Shown here piece by piece: positions 40,238 through 49,215 of a DNA stretch of 64,000 nt. The notes beneath the pieces were generated by a model. That model ran no database searches. It saw only the letters and a list, made by a program, of their open reading frames with translations, and was not told where the DNA came from. Both the position numbers and the translations under genes were made by a program. The stretch's first letter is position 1; the number at the start of each line of letters is the position of its first letter. Source of the stretch: an uncultured Pelagibacteraceae bacterium (GTDB taxonomy: Bacteria; Pseudomonadota; Alphaproteobacteria; Pelagibacterales; Pelagibacteraceae); assembly GCA_902569055.1 (NCBI GenBank), contig CACFSU010000002.1, positions 29,922 to 93,921 on the forward strand, read 5' to 3'.

Positions 40238-40817
40238 CGTCAGTATTACCTTTCTGTGCAGATCTCATTAATAATTTTTCTGTTTCTTCTGCATCAGCAG
40301 AATCTCTTTCAGGCCAGCCACCAGTTTGTATACAAATTATACATCTAAAGACTTCGCTTACTCCTTGTACTGTTAGAAGTGCTCCTGACAAAGGAATTAA
40401 AGATTTTGCCATATAAATTTGAATTTGTGCAGGACTATTCCAGCTTGTTTCTTTAATTTTCCAAGCTAAAGCTGCATATTCATAACCATAAAAAGCTAGA
40501 GCAATAACCCCAGGAAAAAAGAAAATAAAGTATAAAACTAAATCTATATAAGCTTGTGTTTTTTGAGAAAATAATCTGTAAATTACATCACCTCTAACAT
40601 GAGCTTCAGTTGATAAAGTATAAGCCCCTGCCATCATAAATATTGCCCCATACATTTGAAGACTAAAATCAAAATTCCATAAAGTTGGAGCATTCAGAGC
40701 ATAAGCCATAAAAACTTCATAGCAAGTTCCTCCCATTAAGATCACTATACACCATGAAAATGCTTTTCCCATTGAGATGCTCAATCTATCTGCAAATTTA
40801 ATAAACGATCTCATCAT
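40227..40817 (-). CDS. TRAP transporter small permease (DctQ)
   Basis: four TM segments, YEV..APT.W, HVRGD. Confidence 0.93.
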   Translation of the reverse strand: MMRSFIKFADRLSISMGKAFSWCIVILMGGTCYEVFMAYALNAPTLWNFDFSLQMYGAIFMMAGAYTLSTEAHVRGDVIYRLFSQKTQAYIDLVLYFIFFFPGVIALAFYGYEYAALAWKIKETSWNSPAQIQIYMAKSLIPLSGALLTVQGVSEVFRCIICIQTGGWPERDSADAEETEKLLMRSAQKGNTDDVI

Positions 40818-40857
40818 AACAAATAAAGACTTTTATTGAATTGTCTTGAATTAATCA

Positions 40858-40885
40858 AATAAAAAGGGGGGCATAGCCCCCCTTT
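40858..40885 (-). terminator. Intrinsic terminator/stabilising hairpin after the TRAP binding protein
   Basis: AAAGGGGGGC-ATA-GCCCCCCTTT stem followed by a U run on the minus strand. Confidence 0.85.
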
Positions 40886-40907
40886 AAAATAATAAAAAAA
40901 AAGTTAA

Positions 40908-42062
40908 TTACAACTTAACTTTTCCAATTGGTCCAAACTCATTTTCATAAGCAAGTTTGTAATTTGGCTGATTCATCAGCAAGTATTTCATTACTCTCTT
41001 TGCATATGCTTTTTGAGAATCGATGATTTTCTTAAAGAAAGCGTCTTTTGCAACGAAATCACCAATAACTTTATCCCAACCTTTTAATTGTTGAGCTAAA
41101 ATCTCATCTGAAGTTTGATAAACATTTACTTTATGCTCATTCATTAACTTAGCTAAGTCAGCTGAGTATCTTACTAAAGCTTTAAAGTAGTTATCACTGT
41201 TAGCAGCATAAGCAGCATTTTTTAGAATGGCTTGATGCGCAGGTGATAAACTATTGTATGTTTTTTTATTAACTGGTATTTCAAACATCTCTTGAGATTG
41301 GTGGAAGCTTCCTAAGTGATAATGCTTAGAAACATCTTGCATACCAAATTGAGAGTCTGAAGTTGGGTTGTTAAACTCAGCAGCTTCAATTAAACCAGTT
41401 TTCATTGCTGGCTGAATTTCACCACCTGGTAACTGTCTAACTACCATTCCCATTGCAGTTAAAACGTTAGTCGCTAGACCAACTGTTCTATACTTCATAC
41501 CTTTAACGTCAGACACTTTGGTTACATTCTTTTTAAACCAACCAAATGGCTGTGCTGGCATAGGCATATGAAAAAATCCAATATAATCAAAACCTACTTT
41601 TGCAAGAGTTTCATCATATAATTTTCTTCCTCCGCCATATTCCATCCATCCCATTACTTCTTGAGACGACATCCCGTATGAAGGACCAGTACCAAATAAA
41701 GATGCGGCAGGATTTTTACCATACCAATATGCTGTCACCCAGTGACCCATATCAACTACACCTGAACTTACTGCTTGTCCAATTTCTGAAGTTTTTACAA
41801 CTGCTCCAACAGGTTGAAGATCAATCTGGAGTGAACCTCCCGACATTTCTTTGACCATATTACAATAGTCCCCTGCCATTTCAAAAAAGATGTTCGCTCC
41901 ACTTGGCCATGCCGCTTGCATCTTTAATGTTGTTGCTGCATTAGCCTTAACGTACGGCATTGCAACAGCAGCTGCAGCTACAGCACTTGCTTTAGCAGCA
42001 GTTTTAAAGAACTTACGTCTTGAAGATGTTTTTATCTTCAATGATTTATTTTCTTTCGTCAT
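40908..42062 (-). CDS. TRAP substrate-binding protein (DctP/TakP-like), Tat-exported
   Basis: SRRKFFK twin-Arg signal, AYWYGK, GWFKK, MKYRTVG, AAEFNNP; GAGGAG RBS. Confidence 0.93.
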   Translation of the reverse strand: MTKENKSLKIKTSSRRKFFKTAAKASAVAAAAVAMPYVKANAATTLKMQAAWPSGANIFFEMAGDYCNMVKEMSGGSLQIDLQPVGAVVKTSEIGQAVSSGVVDMGHWVTAYWYGKNPAASLFGTGPSYGMSSQEVMGWMEYGGGRKLYDETLAKVGFDYIGFFHMPMPAQPFGWFKKNVTKVSDVKGMKYRTVGLATNVLTAMGMVVRQLPGGEIQPAMKTGLIEAAEFNNPTSDSQFGMQDVSKHYHLGSFHQSQEMFEIPVNKKTYNSLSPAHQAILKNAAYAANSDNYFKALVRYSADLAKLMNEHKVNVYQTSDEILAQQLKGWDKVIGDFVAKDAFFKKIIDSQKAYAKRVMKYLLMNQPNYKLAYENEFGPIGKVKL

Positions 42063-42194
42063 TATTACTCCTCATTAAAGTTAATTAACTGCATTAATTT
42101 AAGCATAGAAGCTAATTAGAGTCATTCAAAAAAAAGGTAAAATTGTTAAAAATAATAGTTTTTACAATCTCAAATTGTATTTATTTGAAATAAT

Positions 42195-42593
42195 TCAATC
42201 TAATTCGTTCGTAACTAAAACTTTCTCAGGATCAAATACTTCTACTTTAATACTAGAATACCAAGTTGAAACACTCTCTATATCCTCATCTGTTAACATT
42301 TGTGCTATCATTGACATTTGAGGATGTTGAATTTTATTAGTTTTATATTCCTTTAATTTTACAATTAAATATTCTTTATTTTGACCAGATATATTGGGAA
42401 CTAATGGAGAATTGCCTCCAGAAGCAGCTGTACCATTCAATCCATGACAAGCTGAACAAATTTGAGCAGCCTTTAATTTACCAGCCTTTAAAGACTCAGA
42501 AAGGTTAGCTTCGTTTGATGCATCTATTTCTCCAGCTAATACTGGAGAAAATAGATAACAAGTAATTAATAAAGTAATCTTTATTAATTTCAT
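42195..42593 (-). CDS. Periplasmic monoheme cytochrome c (c553/c4-like)
   Basis: signal peptide, CSACHG, PNISGQNKEYL, distal Met in HPQMS. Confidence 0.92.
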   Translation of the reverse strand: MKLIKITLLITCYLFSPVLAGEIDASNEANLSESLKAGKLKAAQICSACHGLNGTAASGGNSPLVPNISGQNKEYLIVKLKEYKTNKIQHPQMSMIAQMLTDEDIESVSTWYSSIKVEVFDPEKVLVTNELD

Positions 42594-42994
42594 TAATTCA
42601 TTCGTGTGTGACTAATAATATTAAATGCTTCTCTTAGTTTAGCCTCACCCTGTTCCATTTTACCTCCGTCACAAAGTGCAATACCTTCATCTTTTAAAGC
42701 TTTAATTTTTTTTAATTTTTTTTCAGTATATTGGTACTGTTTTTTTCCGTAAGCTCTCTCAGATTCTTTCCATATTGATTTAGCTAAATATTTACACATA
42801 TATTCTGGAGAACTTAAATATGCTTTATATTCTGCTTCTGTCATACATTTACTCTCTCTTATTTGCTTAAATGTTCCATCCTTCATCCATTTTGCAAATC
42901 CGCTGCATATCTTAGTCTCACCAGTTGATGCATTTGCAACAACAGATGAAAATAGCAAAAATAAAGTTGCTAATAAAATTTTTTTCATTTTCAT
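42593..42994 (-). CDS. Hypothetical exported protein with 4 Cys
   Basis: Sec signal ending VANA; stop overlaps cytochrome c ATG. Confidence 0.8.
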   Translation of the reverse strand: MKMKKILLATLFLLFSSVVANASTGETKICSGFAKWMKDGTFKQIRESKCMTEAEYKAYLSSPEYMCKYLAKSIWKESERAYGKKQYQYTEKKLKKIKALKDEGIALCDGGKMEQGEAKLREAFNIISHTRMN

Positions 42995-43015
42995 CCTTTC
43001 TTAAATTTTAAGCAT

Positions 43016-43045
43016 TAAAAAAGGGACCGACCTTAATCGGTCCCT
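43016..43045 (-). terminator. Intrinsic terminator after the dehydrogenase gene
   Basis: AGGGACCGA-6nt-TCGGTCCCT perfect 9-bp stem plus U run on the minus strand. Confidence 0.85.
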
Positions 43046-43062
43046 AAATTTAGCTTTTTTAA

Positions 43063-44352
43063 TTATCCTTCGTAAGTGATTCTGTAAATTACTCCAGCTT
43101 TGTCATCTGAAACAAGTAAAGAACCATCAAAGTATTGTTGAACATCTACTGGTCTACCTAAATAAGTACCAAGTTCAGTCATCCATCCTTCTGCAAAAGG
43201 CTCCATCTTTTTAGCATTTCCTTTTCCATCAAGATAAGTAACCATTACTCTAGCACCTCTAGGTTTTACAGCATTCCATGAGCCATGTTGCGCACTAAAG
43301 ATTGCGCCATGATATTTTTTAGGGAACATATTTCCAGTATAAAACATCATTCCAAGGTCAGCAGCATGTGCAATCGTCTCAACTTGAGGTTTGCAATAAT
43401 TGTCTGCATATGCTTTTGGAATTGTCTTACCTTTATATTCATTTGTTCTCACTTCTCCACCACCTGTATATGGGTGTCCATACCAAACTTTAGCTCCTAG
43501 TGAACAAGCTTTGTTTAGCTCACCTGGAGGAGTTTCGTCTCCCATACCATCAACTTGGTTGTCAGTGAACCATAATGTTCCATCTTTTGGATTAAATGCA
43601 TGTCCAACAGAGTTTCTTATACCTATTCCAACAACTTCTCTTTCTAGATCTCCAGGGAATCTGTTGAATCTTATCATTCCACCTATACCTACTTGATCGT
43701 ACATAGGATATTTATCTGCTGGTGCAACATTGAAAGGTTGTCCCATACTTACATAAAGTTTGTTATCTTTAGGATTAATTGCGCAAACTCTTGCAGAGTG
43801 GTTATATGATTCTTCCTCAGGTGGAATTAATTCACCTTGAGGTATAATTGGGATAGCTACAGTGTCAGGACTTTCCATAAAAAACTCAGCTGCTGGGAAC
43901 CATAATACTCTGTTTCTTTCAGCAACATATAAATGTCCATCAGTACTGAAACATACACCATTAGGAATATCAAAATTAACCGCTGGGCTAAATTGTTCCA
44001 CGGTATCAGCTACATCATCCATGTCTCTGTCTGTTGCTTGCCAAACTTTATCTTTTCTAGTTCCAATCCAAACAGTTGTTTTATTTCTTGCAACCGCCAT
44101 ATGTCTTGCATCAGGAACTCTAGCAAACAAACTTATTTTAAACCCTGCAGGCATTTTAATTTTTGGTAATATATTTTTCTTTATATTATCCATATATTTG
44201 CCTTCTTGGGGTACTACTATACCTGCGGATGCACCTGTGCTTTTAAAGCTACTAAGTTTATCAATATTCTTATTTCTATCATCAGCAAACGAAATTGATG
44301 ACCAAAGAGATATTAATAGCACCGAGGTAAGTATAGATACTAATCTTCTCAT
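43063..44352 (-). CDS. Periplasmic glucose/sorbosone dehydrogenase family beta-propeller (PQQ-type)
   Basis: signal peptide; ARHMA, GIRNSVG, GELN, YGHPY, AHAADLG, HGSWN, GRPVDV, SDD; GAGGAGG RBS. Confidence 0.88.
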   Translation of the reverse strand: MRRLVSILTSVLLISLWSSISFADDRNKNIDKLSSFKSTGASAGIVVPQEGKYMDNIKKNILPKIKMPAGFKISLFARVPDARHMAVARNKTTVWIGTRKDKVWQATDRDMDDVADTVEQFSPAVNFDIPNGVCFSTDGHLYVAERNRVLWFPAAEFFMESPDTVAIPIIPQGELIPPEEESYNHSARVCAINPKDNKLYVSMGQPFNVAPADKYPMYDQVGIGGMIRFNRFPGDLEREVVGIGIRNSVGHAFNPKDGTLWFTDNQVDGMGDETPPGELNKACSLGAKVWYGHPYTGGGEVRTNEYKGKTIPKAYADNYCKPQVETIAHAADLGMMFYTGNMFPKKYHGAIFSAQHGSWNAVKPRGARVMVTYLDGKGNAKKMEPFAEGWMTELGTYLGRPVDVQQYFDGSLLVSDDKAGVIYRITYEG

Positions 44353-44489
44353 TTATTTCCTCCTCATAATTACATAGTTGTATATCTTAAATAAGATTAA
44401 ATTACAGAACGTCGCACCCTGCAAGTATTTTTTACTTTTGTTTTATCTTGATTTTTTTTCTTAATACTACTTTTAGTTGTATTAAATTT

Positions 44490-45443
44490 TTAATTTACTT
44501 TATGTTTACATGTTCCAATTTTAAAAAATTCAGAAATATTATCTATTGCTAAATTAGCCATAGCAATTCTAGTATCTTTAGTAGCACTGCCTAGATGAGG
44601 CAATATAAAAGCTGACTTTATTTTTGAATAACCTGGATTTAAATTTGGTTCATTTTTATAAACATCTAAACCAACTGCATAAATTTTTCTTCTATTCAAA
44701 GCATCTATTAAAGCTTCATCATCAACTATATCTCCCCTAGCGACATTAGTTATAACTGCTCCCTTAGGAAAATACTCTACAGTCTCTTTATTTATCATAT
44801 TTTCAGTTTCTTTTGTTGCAGGACAACAAATAGATAAAACATCCGATACTGAAAAAAGACTTTTTATATTGTCGTGATAAGTTGCACCATCTTCTTTTTT
44901 TTCATCCAGTTTTGATCGATTATGATAATGAATGACCATTCCAAGTGATTTGGCAATTTTAGCAATTTTTTGACCAATTCTTCCCATTCCTAATATACCT
45001 AACCTAGTTCCAGTTAATTGTTTTCCAATTAAATAATCTGCAGACCATTTCCATCCACCTTCTCTTGCAGATTCTATTCCTTCTGAAGCTCTTCTACATG
45101 CACCCAATATTAAAAGTATTCCAATTTCGGCCGTTGCATCTGATAAAACTTCAGGAGTATTTGTAACTATAATACCTTTTTTTTTTGCTGCCTCTAAGTC
45201 AATATTTCCAAATCCTACTGCAAAATTTGAAATAATTTTCACACTATCTGGTAACTTATCAATTGTTTCTTTATCAAGTTTTTCAGTTAACGAAGATAGA
45301 ATTCCATCACAGCCTTGACTCATTTCTATTACTTTTGATTGTGAATATAATTCATCATTAGTGTTAAATATTGGATCAAAAGTTTTGCTAGCTTTTTCTT
45401 CACTCTCTTTAATTAATTTTCTTGTAATCAAAATTTTTTTCAT
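44490..45443 (-). CDS. NAD(P)-dependent D-2-hydroxyacid dehydrogenase (glyoxylate/hydroxypyruvate reductase-like)
   Basis: GMGRIG, NVARG, LDVYKNEP, PHLGSAT. Confidence 0.9.
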   Translation of the reverse strand: MKKILITRKLIKESEEKASKTFDPIFNTNDELYSQSKVIEMSQGCDGILSSLTEKLDKETIDKLPDSVKIISNFAVGFGNIDLEAAKKKGIIVTNTPEVLSDATAEIGILLILGACRRASEGIESAREGGWKWSADYLIGKQLTGTRLGILGMGRIGQKIAKIAKSLGMVIHYHNRSKLDEKKEDGATYHDNIKSLFSVSDVLSICCPATKETENMINKETVEYFPKGAVITNVARGDIVDDEALIDALNRRKIYAVGLDVYKNEPNLNPGYSKIKSAFILPHLGSATKDTRIAMANLAIDNISEFFKIGTCKHKVN

Positions 45444-45461
45444 GAATTTTTTCTTATTTTA

Positions 45462-46835
45462 CTAGTTAAGATCGAATATCTTACCTGGATTCATTATATT
45501 GTTTTGGTCGATACTTCTTTTAATTAATTTCATTACAGGGATATTGTCAGGGTGTTCCTCTAAAAGATATTCTTTTTTATGAAGTCCTACTCCATGCTCA
45601 CCTGTAATTGTTCCATTTAATTTTAATGCTTTTCTAATTAAAGAATCATTAAATTCTCTTATCTTTTTATACATCTCTTTATCTGAAGGATGAAAAGGTA
45701 AAAGCACATGAAAATTCCCATCTCCTAAATGACCTACCATTGGAGCTCTAAGTCCAAATTTTTTTGCTTGTTCTTCTGCAAAATTTACGCACTCCGTTAT
45801 GTTTGAGATGGGTAAACATACGTCAGTTGAATATACTCTGCCATTATTTATCAAAGCTTTAACTGAGTAATAAACATCCCATCTTGCTTTCCAAAGTTTG
45901 TTTCTATCCTCCAAGTCTTTTGCCCACTTAAAAGAACTACCATCATTATCTTTTGAAATTTCTTCTACAATTTTAATATTTTCATTATTAGATAACTCAG
46001 ATCCATGAAATTCAAAAAACAATGTCGGTACTGCTTGAATATCTTTTAATTTAGAAAAATTTATACTAATGCCCATTTGATCTTTATTAAGCATCTCAAT
46101 TCTTGCAATTGGAACACCATATTGAATAACTTGTTGCGCTGTTTGAACTGCATTTTCTAAAGTTGGAAAATGACATACTGCAGCCATTATACTCTCTGGT
46201 ATAGGAGAAAGTCTTAATTGAACTTCTGTAATTATACCAAGTGTACCTTCAGAACCAATAAATAGATTAGTTAAATTATAACCTGCTGAAGTTTTTTTAG
46301 TTCTGCTCCCTGTATTTATAATATCACCATTTGGTAAAACCACTGTAAGACCTGTTATTACAGTTTTCATGGTTCCATATTTGACAGCCATTGTTCCAGA
46401 AGCTGACGTTGAAGCCATACCTCCAATTGCAGCATTTGCACCAGGATCAATTGGAAAAAAAACTCCATCTTCTCTTAAATATTCATTTAATTGTTCTTTA
46501 GTTACACATGCCTGAACTCTACAATCAAAATCTTCAGCATTGACACTTAAAACTTTATTCATTTTTTCTAAACAAATTGTAATTCCTTTATCGTTACCAA
46601 CAACATTTCCTTCTAAAGATGTTCCTGTTCCAAACGGAACCACTGGAACTTTGTGTTCATTACATAATCTTAATATTTTTGAAACTTCCTCGTTTGTCTC
46701 TGGAAAAACTACTGCTTTAGATAGAACAGGATCATATGTATCCTCTCCTCTTGCATAATTAGCTCTAGTAGACTCTGAAGTGGAAAATCTTCCATTAAAA
46801 ATTTTTTTTAACTCTGTTTGAACTTGCTCATTCAT
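45462..46835 (-). CDS. FAD-linked oxidase (D-lactate dehydrogenase/GlcD family)
   Basis: PFGTGTSLEG, FPIDPGA, GSEGTLG, HLGDGNFH, TGEHGVG. Confidence 0.9.
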   Translation of the reverse strand: MNEQVQTELKKIFNGRFSTSESTRANYARGEDTYDPVLSKAVVFPETNEEVSKILRLCNEHKVPVVPFGTGTSLEGNVVGNDKGITICLEKMNKVLSVNAEDFDCRVQACVTKEQLNEYLREDGVFFPIDPGANAAIGGMASTSASGTMAVKYGTMKTVITGLTVVLPNGDIINTGSRTKKTSAGYNLTNLFIGSEGTLGIITEVQLRLSPIPESIMAAVCHFPTLENAVQTAQQVIQYGVPIARIEMLNKDQMGISINFSKLKDIQAVPTLFFEFHGSELSNNENIKIVEEISKDNDGSSFKWAKDLEDRNKLWKARWDVYYSVKALINNGRVYSTDVCLPISNITECVNFAEEQAKKFGLRAPMVGHLGDGNFHVLLPFHPSDKEMYKKIREFNDSLIRKALKLNGTITGEHGVGLHKKEYLLEEHPDNIPVMKLIKRSIDQNNIMNPGKIFDLN

Positions 46836-46875
46836 AACTAAAGGATATTAATAAAGATTAAGAGAAAAATATACC

Positions 46876-48042
46876 TTATTTACTTAACATTTTCTTTATA
46901 TTTTCTAGTGCTTTGGAAATATTATCTCTTGAAGCGGCAAAACTAAATCTTACATAATTTTGGCATGTTTCACCAAATGCTGATCCAGGTACAATTGCTA
47001 CCCCAGCATTATGCATAGCCTTCCTTGCAAATTCTGAACCATTCATGCCAGTTCCAATAACTTTAGGAAATGCGTAAAAGGCTCCTCCAGGCAAACTACA
47101 TTCTACCCCTGGTAAATCATTTAAACCTTTATAAATTAAGTCTCTTCTTTGAGTAAATTTTTCCATCATTTCATTAATTGAGTCATCTGGTCCGTCTAGG
47201 GCTGCGATGCCAGCAAATTGAGCTGCAGCATTAACACAAGAAACACTATTAATTAATAATTTATTTACATGTTCGATTAAATGTTGTGGCCAAAAACTCC
47301 AACCAAGTCTCCATCCTGTCATTGAATAAGCTTTACTCCATCCCTCTAATACTATTAATCTTTCTCTCAATTCTGGATAATGGAAAAATGAAGGCATTTC
47401 TTTACCATCAAAAATTTGTCTACTATAAATTTCGTCACTTAATATTGTTACATGAGGATGTTTTTTCAGACCATCAGCTAAAAAATCTATGTCTTTTTTC
47501 TCAACAAAGCTTCCTGTTGGATTATTCGGGTTAATCAAAATTAATAATCGTGTCTTATCTGTAATCAAAGATAATACCTTATCAGGATTAAATTTTAGAT
47601 CTTTATCTTCTGTCAAATCATAAGGTACAGAGGTTGAGCCTGTATAATTAATCATAGACTCATAAATTGGAAAAGCAGGTGTTGGATGAATAATTTCTGC
47701 ACCTGGTTCACCAAAACATTGTATGGCATAATGCATTGTTGGCTTTCCACCAGGCATAATAAGAATTCTTTCAGAATCAACATCAACACTGTAACGTTTT
47801 TTAATCCACCTAGTTACGGCTTGACGGCATTCGGGAATACCATTTGACATAACATATCCATGATGTCCATCATCTAGTGCTTTTTTAGCTGCTTCCACGA
47901 CATGTTTTGGAGTTTTAAAATCTGGTTGTCCCAACCCCAAGTGTATCATAGGTTTTCCCTGGGCTTCCAATTTTTTTGCTTCAGCAAGAACAGTAAAAGC
48001 AGATTCCGTGCCTAATCTTTCTAAACTTTTAGCCAATTTCAT
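46876..48042 (-). CDS. PLP-dependent aminotransferase class I/II
   Basis: GQPDF, NPNNPTG, SDEIY, SKAYSMTGWRLG. Confidence 0.93.
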   Translation of the reverse strand: MKLAKSLERLGTESAFTVLAEAKKLEAQGKPMIHLGLGQPDFKTPKHVVEAAKKALDDGHHGYVMSNGIPECRQAVTRWIKKRYSVDVDSERILIMPGGKPTMHYAIQCFGEPGAEIIHPTPAFPIYESMINYTGSTSVPYDLTEDKDLKFNPDKVLSLITDKTRLLILINPNNPTGSFVEKKDIDFLADGLKKHPHVTILSDEIYSRQIFDGKEMPSFFHYPELRERLIVLEGWSKAYSMTGWRLGWSFWPQHLIEHVNKLLINSVSCVNAAAQFAGIAALDGPDDSINEMMEKFTQRRDLIYKGLNDLPGVECSLPGGAFYAFPKVIGTGMNGSEFARKAMHNAGVAIVPGSAFGETCQNYVRFSFAASRDNISKALENIKKMLSK

Positions 48043-48055
48043 ATTTTTTTTTCCT

Positions 48056-49210
48056 CTATTTTCTATAAATTAATTTCGAACTATTCAACTCTTTTAAATT
48101 TTTGCAACCCATTAAAACCATGTTTCTATTAATCTCATCGTGCATATTTTGAAGTAAATGCTCAACACCTTTTTGTCCTCCTGCGGCTAAAGAGAACAAA
48201 AACATCTTACCAAAACTACATGCTTTTGCTCCTGCCGCTATAGCTTTTAAAACGTGAGTCCCTCTTCTTATACCTCCATCTAAAATGATCTCGATTTGAT
48301 CTCCTACAGCATCTGAGATCGCTTTTACCTGATCAAAAGGTGATCGAGATCCATCAAGTTGACGTCCACCATGATTTGATATCATGATTGCTGTGCATCC
48401 AATATCTATTGCTTTTTTCGCATCCTCGACTGACATAACACCTTTTAAAGCAAATGGTCCATTCCATTTTTTTGCACAATATTCTGCATCTTTCCATCCC
48501 ATGGCTGGGTCATATTGTTCATTTATATATTCAATGACTGACTTAGAAATATTTGTTCCTTTATCAGTTTTTTTTTTAACATTAGATAATTCAAACTTTT
48601 TACCAGTCAGATAATTAAATACCCATCCAGGACGCATAGCAAAACTCATTAAACTTTGAAGAGTAAGTTTTGGAGGAGTGGTAAATCCTGTTCTGTGATC
48701 TTTTTCCCTATTACCAGCAACTAAAGTATCTACCGTTAAACACATAGCGTCAAAACCTGATCTTCTAGATCTTTCAATTAAATCATCAGAAATAGAGCGA
48801 TCTTTATGAACATAAAGTTGAAATAATTTTGGGCCACTAGAAATATTTGATATTTCCTCAATAGTATTATTTCCCATAGAAGACATACTATAAAAGGTTC
48901 CAAATTTTTCTGCAGCACGTGCTGAAGCTCTATCTCCTTCAGGATGATAAAGTCTCTGCATTGCGGCTGGAGAAAGAAAAATTGGTATATCAACTTTCCT
49001 TCCAAATAAAGTTGTTGATAAATCCGGTTTACCAACGCTAGCGAGAATATTTGGAACTAAATCACATTCATCAAAAGACTCTGTATTTCTTCTTAACGTT
49101 GACTCATCATCGGCCCCTCCATCAATATAATGAAAAATAGGTGAAGGTAATTTTTTTTTTGCTAATTTTCGAAAGTCCTCAAAATTATAACAATCTTGTA
49201 AGTTCATCAA
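48056..49210 (-). CDS. FMN-dependent alpha-hydroxy acid oxidase/dehydrogenase, copy A
   Basis: HYIDGG, FQLY, LKG, SNHGGRQLD, DGGIRRG. Confidence 0.93.
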   Translation of the reverse strand: MMNLQDCYNFEDFRKLAKKKLPSPIFHYIDGGADDESTLRRNTESFDECDLVPNILASVGKPDLSTTLFGRKVDIPIFLSPAAMQRLYHPEGDRASARAAEKFGTFYSMSSMGNNTIEEISNISSGPKLFQLYVHKDRSISDDLIERSRRSGFDAMCLTVDTLVAGNREKDHRTGFTTPPKLTLQSLMSFAMRPGWVFNYLTGKKFELSNVKKKTDKGTNISKSVIEYINEQYDPAMGWKDAEYCAKKWNGPFALKGVMSVEDAKKAIDIGCTAIMISNHGGRQLDGSRSPFDQVKAISDAVGDQIEIILDGGIRRGTHVLKAIAAGAKACSFGKMFLFSLAAGGQKGVEHLLQNMHDEINRNMVLMGCKNLKELNSSKLIYRK

Positions 49211-49215
49211 AAATA

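Noticed and set aside
42079-42120. Palindromes AGTTAATTAACT and CTAATTAG upstream of the TRAP binding protein (CTCTAATTAGC also occurs before atpH)
   Set aside because: Almost pure A/T palindromes are expected by chance at this base composition; no independent support
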